A stretch of 60,217 bases of DNA, filler included. It is 4 parts of 4 records of this genome, joined end to end, with 100 filler letters (N's around TTAATTAATTAA, not from the genome) between each part and the next. Parts side by side here need not be neighbours in the genome. Positions count along the whole stretch, not along the records: positions 17,746 to 38,492 come from SRR31156797_534; positions 38,593 to 44,132 come from SRR31156797_541; 2 more parts are not named here. One strand, 5' to 3'. Positions 30,706 to 38,593 of the stretch are shown here, piece after piece; the stretch's first letter is position 1, and every line of letters begins with the position of its first letter. A program made the translations under genes and the position numbers. The notes beneath the pieces were generated by a model. The model was not told where the DNA came from, did not search any database, and worked only from the letters and a program-made list of their open reading frames with translations.

Positions 30706-30754
30706 TTATTAACAATGAAAATTGAGTTATTAACAATTATACTACAATAATAAT
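30706..30754. promoter_or_regulatory. Second DnaA-box-like pair followed by a trinucleotide tract
   Basis: TTATTAACA at 30706-30714 and 30727-30735, followed by TACTACAATAATAAT. Confidence 0.4.
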
Positions 30755-30762
30755 GAAAACAA

Positions 30763-30778
30763 TGTTTCACGTGAAACG
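30763..30778. promoter_or_regulatory. parS centromere-like ParB-binding site
   Basis: TGTTTCACGTGAAACG, a 15/16 match to the palindromic parS TGTTTCACGTGAAACA; intergenic, about 3 kb from the oriC candidate. Confidence 0.8.
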
Positions 30779-30809
30779 TTTATTGTTAAGAGAAATTAAA
30801 TAAAAAAAG

Positions 30810-31934
30810 ATGGCCGGAATATACATTCACATTCCCTTTTGTAAGATGAAATGCGGGTACTGTGATTTCTATAGTATTATTAATTTACGATATAAAGAAA
30901 ATTTTATAAAATCATTATTAAATGAAATAAGCCTTAGAAAAGATGAATTAAAAAATGTTCCTATTAAAACGCTTTATTTTGGTGGAGGAACTCCAAGTTT
31001 ATTATCAATATCCGATTTTAAATTAATCTTCGAAGCGATACATTCGAATTATGATGCTGATAATATAGAAGAAATTACAATAGAAACGAATCCGGATGAT
31101 GTCAAGAAAGAATTCTTTATTGAACTAAAAGCCATAGGATTTAATCGGGTTAGTATGGGAATTCAAAGTTTTAATATTAAAATTTTGGCTTTTATGAATC
31201 GAAGACATAGTGCTCAGCAAGCTATAAGTGCCGTTGACACGATAAAGAATACCGGATTTACAAATATGAGTATCGATCTTATTTATGGAGTTCCTGATAT
31301 GAGTATGGAAGTATGGAATGATAGTATTCAAAAAGCTATCAATTTAGATGTTCAGCATATTTCTGCCTACCATTTAACTTTCGAACCAAATACAGAATTT
31401 TATAAAAAATTACAGAATAATGAATTAAATGAAATAGATGAAAATGATAGTTTGGAACAGCATAAAGTGTTAGTTAAGCAACTTAATAATGCTGGATTTG
31501 ATGACTATGAAATTTCAAATTTTTCAAAACCTTCATTTGAGTCAAAGCATAATTCAAATTATTGGAGTGGACTACCCTATATTGGTTTCGGACCTTCTGC
31601 GCATAGTTTTATAAATAATAAGCGCCGATGGAATGACTCTAACTTACTTAAATACATAAATAATTTAGGTGTAAATAACACTTATTTTAGTGAAGAAAAT
31701 TTAAGTGAAGTTGATATATATAATGAAACGATTATGTTAGGTTTACGTACAAAAAAAGGAGTTCAGATATCTAAGTTGGATAGTTTTGATACACATATAC
31801 GAACAGCTTTTTTAAAGGGAAAAGCACCAATGTTAAAATCCGAATTATTATTTGAAGAAGACGGATATCTAAAAGTAGAGAATAAACACAGATTTTTAAC
31901 CGATAAATTAATTGCAGATTTATTTATTGTTTAA
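30810..31934 (+). CDS. hemW: Radical SAM heme chaperone HemW (HemN-like)
   Basis: YIHIPFCKMKCGYCDF, YFGGGTPS, YEISNF, HNSNYW (HemW-type HNxxYW). Confidence 0.9.
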   Translation: MAGIYIHIPFCKMKCGYCDFYSIINLRYKENFIKSLLNEISLRKDELKNVPIKTLYFGGGTPSLLSISDFKLIFEAIHSNYDADNIEEITIETNPDDVKKEFFIELKAIGFNRVSMGIQSFNIKILAFMNRRHSAQQAISAVDTIKNTGFTNMSIDLIYGVPDMSMEVWNDSIQKAINLDVQHISAYHLTFEPNTEFYKKLQNNELNEIDENDSLEQHKVLVKQLNNAGFDDYEISNFSKPSFESKHNSNYWSGLPYIGFGPSAHSFINNKRRWNDSNLLKYINNLGVNNTYFSEENLSEVDIYNETIMLGLRTKKGVQISKLDSFDTHIRTAFLKGKAPMLKSELLFEEDGYLKVENKHRFLTDKLIADLFIV

Positions 31935-31994
31935 TTTTTCATAAATAATTAATGTTTCTATAACCTTTAAATAATTCTACAAATACATCTCTTT

Positions 31995-32411
31995 ATGAGT
32001 ATATTCTGCAAACAAATTAAACTAATATTTCTTGGATTTTTATTTTTATTTCTATTAGTCAATATAACTAATGGTCAGGAAAATATTCATATTTTAAAGC
32101 CTGATCAATTGTATTTAATGATTCAAAAAAATCAAAACTTACATCTATTCGATATAAGAACTAAAGAATTATATTCTAAAGAAAGAATTCAAAATGCTAT
32201 TTGTGTTGATAATAAAAACAGATTTAAGATATACTTAAAAGAATTAGATATTAATGATTCGATTTTTATTTATTGTGAAATGGGTAAAAGAACCAAAGAA
32301 TGTTCTAATTGGTTAAAATCAATAGGTTTTAAAAAAGTGTTTGAATTAGAAGGTGGATTTAAAGAATGGAAAAAGTGTGGTTTACCATCCGATTCATCTA
32401 AATTAAAGTAA
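31995..32411 (+). CDS. Rhodanese-like domain protein, exported
   Basis: N-terminal hydrophobic signal, DIRT, IYCEMGKR, LEGGFKEW. Confidence 0.8.
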   Translation: MSIFCKQIKLIFLGFLFLFLLVNITNGQENIHILKPDQLYLMIQKNQNLHLFDIRTKELYSKERIQNAICVDNKNRFKIYLKELDINDSIFIYCEMGKRTKECSNWLKSIGFKKVFELEGGFKEWKKCGLPSDSSKLK

Positions 32412-32415
32412 AAAA

Positions 32416-33279
32416 ATGAACAAAACTCCTTATAAACTTGGCCTAATAGCATCCTGGTCATCTATATTTTTGAATATAGCTTTGTTTGTTATCAAACTAT
32501 GGGTAGGAATATTATTTAATTCGGTAGCATTAGTTGCTGATGCCTGGCATACATTAACCGATTCTATATCATCTTTTGCTGTATTAATTGGGATTAAAGT
32601 AGCATCAAAACCTGCTGATGATGAACATCCATTTGGTCATGGACGTGCTGAATTAATTGCTACTATTTTTGTTGGTATTCTTTTGGCTTTGGTAGGAACT
32701 AATTTCACCTATGAATCTATTATAAAGCTTCGTTCTCACGAAGTGGTTAGCTATGGAAATCTTGCCATTATTGTTACTGTGATTTCTATTGTAGTTAAAG
32801 AGATAATGGCGCAGTATTCTATTAGAATAGGTAAAAAGTCAAAATCCAATTCTCTTGTAGCTGATGGTTGGCATCATAGAAGCGATGCGATTTCTAGTGT
32901 GGTTATTTTAATAGGTATTTTTGCAGGGAAATATTATTGGTGGGTAGATGGTGTTCTGGGATTAATAGTTTCGTTGCTTATTTTCTATACCACATTTAAA
33001 ATTTTAAAAGAAGCTTTATCTGTTTTTCTAGGTGAAAAAATAGATGAAGATTTAAAAGATAGTATTTTAGAAATTGGTCAGGAACTTTTCAATAGAGAGC
33101 TCGATCCTCATTATTTTTTAATACATAGATATGGGCATCATTCAGAATTAACCTTTCATATTACACTTCCTGGTAAAATGAGTTTAACGGATGCGCATAA
33201 AATTGCCACTGACTACGAAACAGAGATAGAAAACAGGTTTCAAATTGGTGTTAATATCCATATTGATTCACTCGATTAA
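32416..33279 (+). CDS. Cation diffusion facilitator (FieF-like) transporter
   Basis: ADAWHTLTD, HPFGHGRAE, ADGWHHRSD, C-terminal HID. Confidence 0.9.
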   Translation: MNKTPYKLGLIASWSSIFLNIALFVIKLWVGILFNSVALVADAWHTLTDSISSFAVLIGIKVASKPADDEHPFGHGRAELIATIFVGILLALVGTNFTYESIIKLRSHEVVSYGNLAIIVTVISIVVKEIMAQYSIRIGKKSKSNSLVADGWHHRSDAISSVVILIGIFAGKYYWWVDGVLGLIVSLLIFYTTFKILKEALSVFLGEKIDEDLKDSILEIGQELFNRELDPHYFLIHRYGHHSELTFHITLPGKMSLTDAHKIATDYETEIENRFQIGVNIHIDSLD

Positions 33280-33380
33280 TATTACTTATTTAATCAGTTA
33301 TCAACTATTTTATACTTCATATGTAAAAAAAGCTCATATCTCTTCATTTCAGCTTTATATTGGATATTTAGCACATTGGA

Positions 33381-34184
33381 ATGAAGTATTATCTGCTCAG
33401 TATATTTATAGTCGTAATTAATTCATGTACATTAAAAAATGACAACAGAATTTCTGTGTCAACTTTTAATTTTGGATGCACAGAACTGGATTCTATATCT
33501 GAAATTAATATTGATAGTGAAAAGTTTGATAGCTTAAGCCTATTTATCTCCAGAAAAAAGCCAGATTTAATAAGATTTAAAAGTGCATTTTTATCATCTG
33601 ATTGTATTTCAAAAATAGAACAGAAAGGATATGAATTTTTACCTTTATTTATTTCAGGAAATAAAGTTACAACTAGTGCCTCTTCAGTTATTATTAAAAA
33701 GAACTCATTTGAATTATTAACTTCCTCTGTGATTACTTATGAACCATCGTTTAAAGATACTAAACAAATTGTGGTTTCCTGGTTTAAATTAAAAAGTAAA
33801 GAAAGTGGGTACATTTTTTACTTATTCAATGTGATAATTAATTCAAAATTAGAAGAAGATAAGGCTGAATTAATTGGTGAAAATATTCTTCAAAGAATGG
33901 ATGAAATAAGCTCAGGTCTACCTGTTATTGTAGTAGGGAATTTTAATGATCATAACGATTTACTCAAAGAAATAATTATTTCTAAATCGGAGGAAATTTA
34001 TCCTTTGTATTCTATAAAAATGAATAATGGACGTAATTCTGACTTTATTATTAATGATTACTTAAAAATTACGAATACTTATATATCCGATCATTTTAGC
34101 TCTGATAGTGTTGTTAATAACGAAGTTTTAAGATTTAGTATTCAAACTAAAAAAGTAACGGGAAATAAAAACGTAATACAGTAA
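33381..34184 (+). CDS. Putative lipoprotein with a degenerate endonuclease/exonuclease/phosphatase-like fold
   Basis: Lipobox INSC; TFN, PVIVVGNFND and SDH resemble EEP motifs, but key residues are altered. Confidence 0.5.
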   Translation: MKYYLLSIFIVVINSCTLKNDNRISVSTFNFGCTELDSISEINIDSEKFDSLSLFISRKKPDLIRFKSAFLSSDCISKIEQKGYEFLPLFISGNKVTTSASSVIIKKNSFELLTSSVITYEPSFKDTKQIVVSWFKLKSKESGYIFYLFNVIINSKLEEDKAELIGENILQRMDEISSGLPVIVVGNFNDHNDLLKEIIISKSEEIYPLYSIKMNNGRNSDFIINDYLKITNTYISDHFSSDSVVNNEVLRFSIQTKKVTGNKNVIQ

Positions 34185-34195
34185 AATAATTGAGC

Positions 34196-34993
34196 TTATT
34201 CATACTGTAATTCCACAAGGTATCCGGAATGTTTTCTAATGTTTATCACATTCATGTTATCCAAAATTAAATACTGACCTTTTATGGCTGTTAAAGTACC
34301 CTCTACCCTATCTGTTTTATCAAAGCTTAAACTTTTTATTTTATCAGGATTGCTATCGACCGGAAAATTAATTTGAGTTACATCATTATTTTCCAAAATA
34401 TACTGTTGAAGTTCTTGTGGCAGATATTCCTTTGCCTGTTTTTTCTCTTTTACCAAATCAATTTCATGCTGCGTACCTTTTAACATGGCTTGCCAGCTTG
34501 TTTTATCTGAATAATATTGCATCAAATATTTTTCGATTATACCGGCAATATGTCGGTTTGGTGTTTTAGCTAAAATTATAGCTGATGTTGCGCCCTGATC
34601 AATCCATCTGGTTGGAACTTGTGTTTCTCTTGTTATACCCACTTTTAAATTGGAAGAAACGGCCAGATATACAATATGTGTGGTCAAACAATGATTATCA
34701 GACCATTTTTGATCTCTTGTAATTCCTAAATGAGCCTGGCATTTATCAGGATGTAATACGCATTCACTTGCCTCTGGAGCACTCACAAAACAATTATAGC
34801 AAAAACCCTGACCAAAGGTTTTATTCGTTTTTTTACCACATGAAATACAGTTGATCTGATTTAAGTAATTCAGAACTATTTTTTTACCTATCAAATTATT
34901 TAGTGATACTAAGTCGTTTCCTATAGGTAAAGCATATGCTACCACTTCTGATAGCTCGCTTTTCATTTTAACAATATTACCTTTGTATGTCAT
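34196..34993 (-). CDS. DUF2797 domain protein
   Basis: CISCGKK..QGFCYNC, HIVYLA, KVGIT, RWIDQGA, IKGQYL. Confidence 0.8.
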   Translation of the reverse strand: MTYKGNIVKMKSELSEVVAYALPIGNDLVSLNNLIGKKIVLNYLNQINCISCGKKTNKTFGQGFCYNCFVSAPEASECVLHPDKCQAHLGITRDQKWSDNHCLTTHIVYLAVSSNLKVGITRETQVPTRWIDQGATSAIILAKTPNRHIAGIIEKYLMQYYSDKTSWQAMLKGTQHEIDLVKEKKQAKEYLPQELQQYILENNDVTQINFPVDSNPDKIKSLSFDKTDRVEGTLTAIKGQYLILDNMNVINIRKHSGYLVELQYE

Positions 34994-34999
34994 GTAATT

Positions 35000-36256
35000 T
35001 TATTGATTTAAGGATGAATGTGCATCAACGAGTTTATATAATTTATCCGATCGACGAATTTTTTCTGTTACAGGTATTGAAAATTTATCCCCTTTTACAG
35101 TTTCTTCCACAGGATTTAAATCAACTCTAATTTCGGGAACTTTCATTTTTACAACACCTGTTGTAGGACCTGTAATCAATATTTCATCTCCTACTTTAAG
35201 GTTTTGCGTTTCCATAACAAATTCTGCAACACCAATTTTTGGAAAATAATTGGTTCCTTTTCCTATATAAACTTTGCGCTTGGTAGCTCTATTGCCATAA
35301 TTATGACTCCATTCTCCAAGTTTTTGACCTAGATAATAACCATCCCAAAATCCGCGGTTAAAAACAGTCGATAATTCAGCATTCCATTGGTTTATTTTAT
35401 CCTTATTAAAACTTCCATCCAAAATAGCATTTAAAGCTTTATTGTAGGTTTGAACAACAGTATGAACATATTCCGGACCTCTAGCTCTTCCTTCAATTTT
35501 AAAAACACGCACACCTGCATCAACCATTTTATTTAAAAAATGAATGGTTTTTAAATCTTTAGGTGACATGATATATTCGTTATCTACTTCTAATTCCTGT
35601 CCTGTTTCTTTATCCTGCACAATATAACTTCTTCTACAGGTTTGAAGGCATGCTCCTCTGTTGGCAGAAGCTGTAGTATTATGTAGGCTTAAGTAACATT
35701 TTCCGGAAACGGCCATACAAAGTGCACCATGGCTAAACATTTCTATTTGCACCAATTTACCATTAGGACCTTTAATTTGCTGTAATTCAATCTGACGATA
35801 TATTTGTGCTACCTGATCTAAATCTAACTCTCGTGCCAGAACTACAACATCGGCAAATTGAGCATAGAATTTTAGTGCTTCAATATTTGAAATATTTAAT
35901 TGAGTGCTTAAATGAACCTCAATGTCAATTTCTCTGGCATAAGCTATTGCAGCCATATCTGATGCTATTACAGCAGAAAGGTTAGCTTCTTTGGCAGCAC
36001 TAATTACTTTCCGCATCAAATTTAAATCCTGATCGTAAAGAACCGTATTGACAGTTAAATAAGTTTTAACGTGATTCTTTTTTGCAATACGAACTATTTC
36101 ATGTAAGTCGTCTACCGTAAAATTATTTGAAGATCTGGAACGCATGTTTAGCCCCTCAATTCCAAAATATACCGAATTAGCACCGGCCTGTATTGCTGCT
36201 CTTAATGATTCATAAGATCCGACAGGCGCCATAATTTCAAACTGCTCTCTCTTCAT
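35000..36256 (-). CDS. Peptidase U32 family protein (TrhP/PrtC-like, probable Fe-S tRNA hydroxylase)
   Basis: EIMAPVG, HLSTQ, HGALCMAVSGKC, NRGACLQTCRR, KIEGRAR; ATG 36256 preferred because a TAnnTTTG promoter lies upstream. Confidence 0.88.
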   Translation of the reverse strand: MKREQFEIMAPVGSYESLRAAIQAGANSVYFGIEGLNMRSRSSNNFTVDDLHEIVRIAKKNHVKTYLTVNTVLYDQDLNLMRKVISAAKEANLSAVIASDMAAIAYAREIDIEVHLSTQLNISNIEALKFYAQFADVVVLARELDLDQVAQIYRQIELQQIKGPNGKLVQIEMFSHGALCMAVSGKCYLSLHNTTASANRGACLQTCRRSYIVQDKETGQELEVDNEYIMSPKDLKTIHFLNKMVDAGVRVFKIEGRARGPEYVHTVVQTYNKALNAILDGSFNKDKINQWNAELSTVFNRGFWDGYYLGQKLGEWSHNYGNRATKRKVYIGKGTNYFPKIGVAEFVMETQNLKVGDEILITGPTTGVVKMKVPEIRVDLNPVEETVKGDKFSIPVTEKIRRSDKLYKLVDAHSSLNQ

Positions 36257-36285
36257 TAATTTTTTTGATGTTGTTAATTTCGGTG

Positions 36286-36293
36286 CAAAGTTA
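36286..36293 (-). promoter_or_regulatory. Bacteroidota -7 promoter element for the U32 gene
   Basis: Minus strand TAACTTTG matches TAnnTTTG, 30 nt upstream of ATG 36256. Confidence 0.55.
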
Positions 36294-36502
36294 CTTAAAT
36301 TATGATAGAGCAAAAACCTATTCTTTATCAGAAGAGAATGATAATTTGGATATTAATATTTATACTAATTATTTTATGTAAATAACATTAAATCAGTTGA
36401 ATATTGTATATCTTAATAAGATAATATATACTTTTATTATTCGATCATTTTGTATTTCTTTGCGAGATATACAGAATTTAAGTGAAATTTATTATTATTT
36501 AA

Positions 36503-37465
36503 GTGAAAGATAGCATAAGAAAATTTAAATCATTTCGCCATAAGAAAATTAAGATATTGTATTATTTATCAAATGGTTTAAGATATATAGTTCCAAGAGG
36601 ATTCTTTAGATTACTAAGTAAATTCTATTTGAATAAACAAGTTAGAAATAACGAATATATTAAAGAAAGAGTTAGTTATTATAATAAATTAAGAAATAGT
36701 TATACACTTTCAAATGGTGTGGTTTTAAAGAATTTTAAGTTAGGAGAAAAAGATTCAACTTACTTTTTTGATTTATATCAAGATATCAAATATTTACCTG
36801 TTTCTAACCAGATATCATATCAATTTGGAGATGTAACAACTATTCCTGATCAACCTAAAGTTGTAAAAAGTCGACCTATTGAAGGATCAAATGAAAATTC
36901 GGTTCTACTAAAATTAAATAAAGTTAGACATTTCAATTTTTTGAACGATTTTAATAATTATAAAAAGAAGAAAGATCAATTAGTATGGCGAGGGCACATT
37001 GATGAAAGAACTCCTAAACGCATCGATTTTTTTAATACGCATTTTAATTCTCGTTTTTGCGATATTGCTGCAACTCCTCACTCAAGATGTAATACGAATT
37101 GGAAAAAGCCCAAACTTACAATAGAGGAGCAATTAAAATATAAGTTTATTCTATCTATTGAAGGAATTGATGTAGCAACAAATTTAAAATGGGTGATGTC
37201 CTCAAATTCTATTGCTGTAATGCCAGAACCCGAGTTTGAGACCTGGTTTATGGAAGGTAAACTAATCCCTGATTATCATTATATCAGTATAAAAAAGGAT
37301 TTTACTGATTTAGAGGAGAAGTTAAATTATTTTATTAATAATCCTGATAAAGCACAAACAATTATAAAAAATGCTCATGATTATATCAGGCAGTTTAAAA
37401 ACAAGAAAAGAGAAAGAGCTATATCTTTACTTGTTTTGGAGAAATATTTTGAGTTACAGCAATAA
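36503..37465 (+). CDS. Glycosyltransferase family 90 / LpsA-like protein, copy 1
   Basis: KSRPI, NSVLLKLNKVRH, YKFILSIEGIDVATNLKW, ETWFMEG; GTG start. Confidence 0.82.
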   Translation: MKDSIRKFKSFRHKKIKILYYLSNGLRYIVPRGFFRLLSKFYLNKQVRNNEYIKERVSYYNKLRNSYTLSNGVVLKNFKLGEKDSTYFFDLYQDIKYLPVSNQISYQFGDVTTIPDQPKVVKSRPIEGSNENSVLLKLNKVRHFNFLNDFNNYKKKKDQLVWRGHIDERTPKRIDFFNTHFNSRFCDIAATPHSRCNTNWKKPKLTIEEQLKYKFILSIEGIDVATNLKWVMSSNSIAVMPEPEFETWFMEGKLIPDYHYISIKKDFTDLEEKLNYFINNPDKAQTIIKNAHDYIRQFKNKKRERAISLLVLEKYFELQQ

Positions 37466-38469
37466 TGGATTATAATAAAAAACGCATGATTACTAAAGAT
37501 AAGATAAAGGATACTTTTAAAAATATATTATCGGTACAAGCCAGTACTTCAAAAGAATTGTTTTATCTATTTAATTTTCTTCGTTACACGATTCCTCAAG
37601 GATTATATAAAAAAAGACTTAATAAATTACTAAATATTAGTAATGCCAAGGAAAGAAACTATTTAATTGAGAGGGTTAATTACTATAATAAGCTTCAGGA
37701 AAAAGTTGAATTAACTAATGCAACAGCGATAAAAGATTTTAAATTCAGACATGAATTTTCAACCTATTATTTTGATACGTATGAGTTGACAAGATATTTT
37801 CCATTAGATCTAAAATTTCGATATGAATTTGGTGATATTGTTGATATTCCTGAACAACCTGCATTTTTAAAAAGTAGACCGATACATGGTAATAATGAGA
37901 ATTCTGTACTTCTTAAATTAAATAAAGTACGCCATTATGGGTATGTAAACGATGGGTTAAAATATGAGGATAAAAAAGACTTGTTGGTTTGGAGAGGGAA
38001 TGTTACAGATAATAAAACAAAAAGAGTTAGGTTTTTTGAAGCTCATTTCAATAACCCTTTGTGCGATATTGGTGTTACCTGGCGAAAATACCGAATAAAA
38101 GAATGGCTAAAGGAAAAAATGACCTTGAGACAGCAATTGGAGTATAAGTTTATTTTAAGTTTAGAAGGACATGATGTGGCTACAAATTTAAAATGGGTTA
38201 TGTCTTCCAATTCTGTGGCAGTAATGCCAGAACCTGAATTTGAAACATGGTTTATGGAAGGTCGTTTAATCCCAGATTTTCATTATATCTGTATTAAACA
38301 TGATTATTCTGATTTAAATGAAAAGATAAATTATTACTTAAATAATAAAGAAGAAGCATTGAAGATCATAAAAAATGCTAATGAATATGTTAATCAATTT
38401 AAGAATAAAAAAAGGGAGAAAATAATCTCCCTAATGGTATTAAAAAAGTATTTTGATTTTACCTATTAA
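37465..38469 (+). CDS. Glycosyltransferase family 90 / LpsA-like protein, copy 2
   Basis: Same motifs as copy 1 (YKFILSLEGHDVATNLKW, ETWFMEG); TAATG stop/start overlap. Confidence 0.82.
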   Translation: MDYNKKRMITKDKIKDTFKNILSVQASTSKELFYLFNFLRYTIPQGLYKKRLNKLLNISNAKERNYLIERVNYYNKLQEKVELTNATAIKDFKFRHEFSTYYFDTYELTRYFPLDLKFRYEFGDIVDIPEQPAFLKSRPIHGNNENSVLLKLNKVRHYGYVNDGLKYEDKKDLLVWRGNVTDNKTKRVRFFEAHFNNPLCDIGVTWRKYRIKEWLKEKMTLRQQLEYKFILSLEGHDVATNLKWVMSSNSVAVMPEPEFETWFMEGRLIPDFHYICIKHDYSDLNEKINYYLNNKEEALKIIKNANEYVNQFKNKKREKIISLMVLKKYFDFTY

Positions 38470-38492
38470 CCTGAGTTCGATTCTTAATGAAA
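38469..38492. mobile_element. Possible IS terminal inverted repeat (IS982-like) at the contig end
   Basis: ACCTGAGTTCGATT immediately before the assembly break resembles IS982-type ends as I recall them; no transposase is visible. Confidence 0.35.
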
Positions 38493-38592
38493 NNNNNNNN
38501 NNNNNNNNNNNNNNNNNNNNNNNNNNNNNNNNNNNNTTAATTAATTAANNNNNNNNNNNNNNNNNNNNNNNNNNNNNNNNNNNNNNNNNNNN
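38493..38592. other. Artificial contig-joining spacer
   Basis: 44 N + TTAATTAATTAA + 44 N. Confidence 0.97.
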
Positions 38593-38593
38593 G

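Noticed and set aside
36409-36423. 7-1-7 palindrome TATCTTA-A-TAAGATA in the divergent U32/GT90 gap
   Set aside because: Plausible by chance in very AT-rich DNA; single copy and no adjacent regulator
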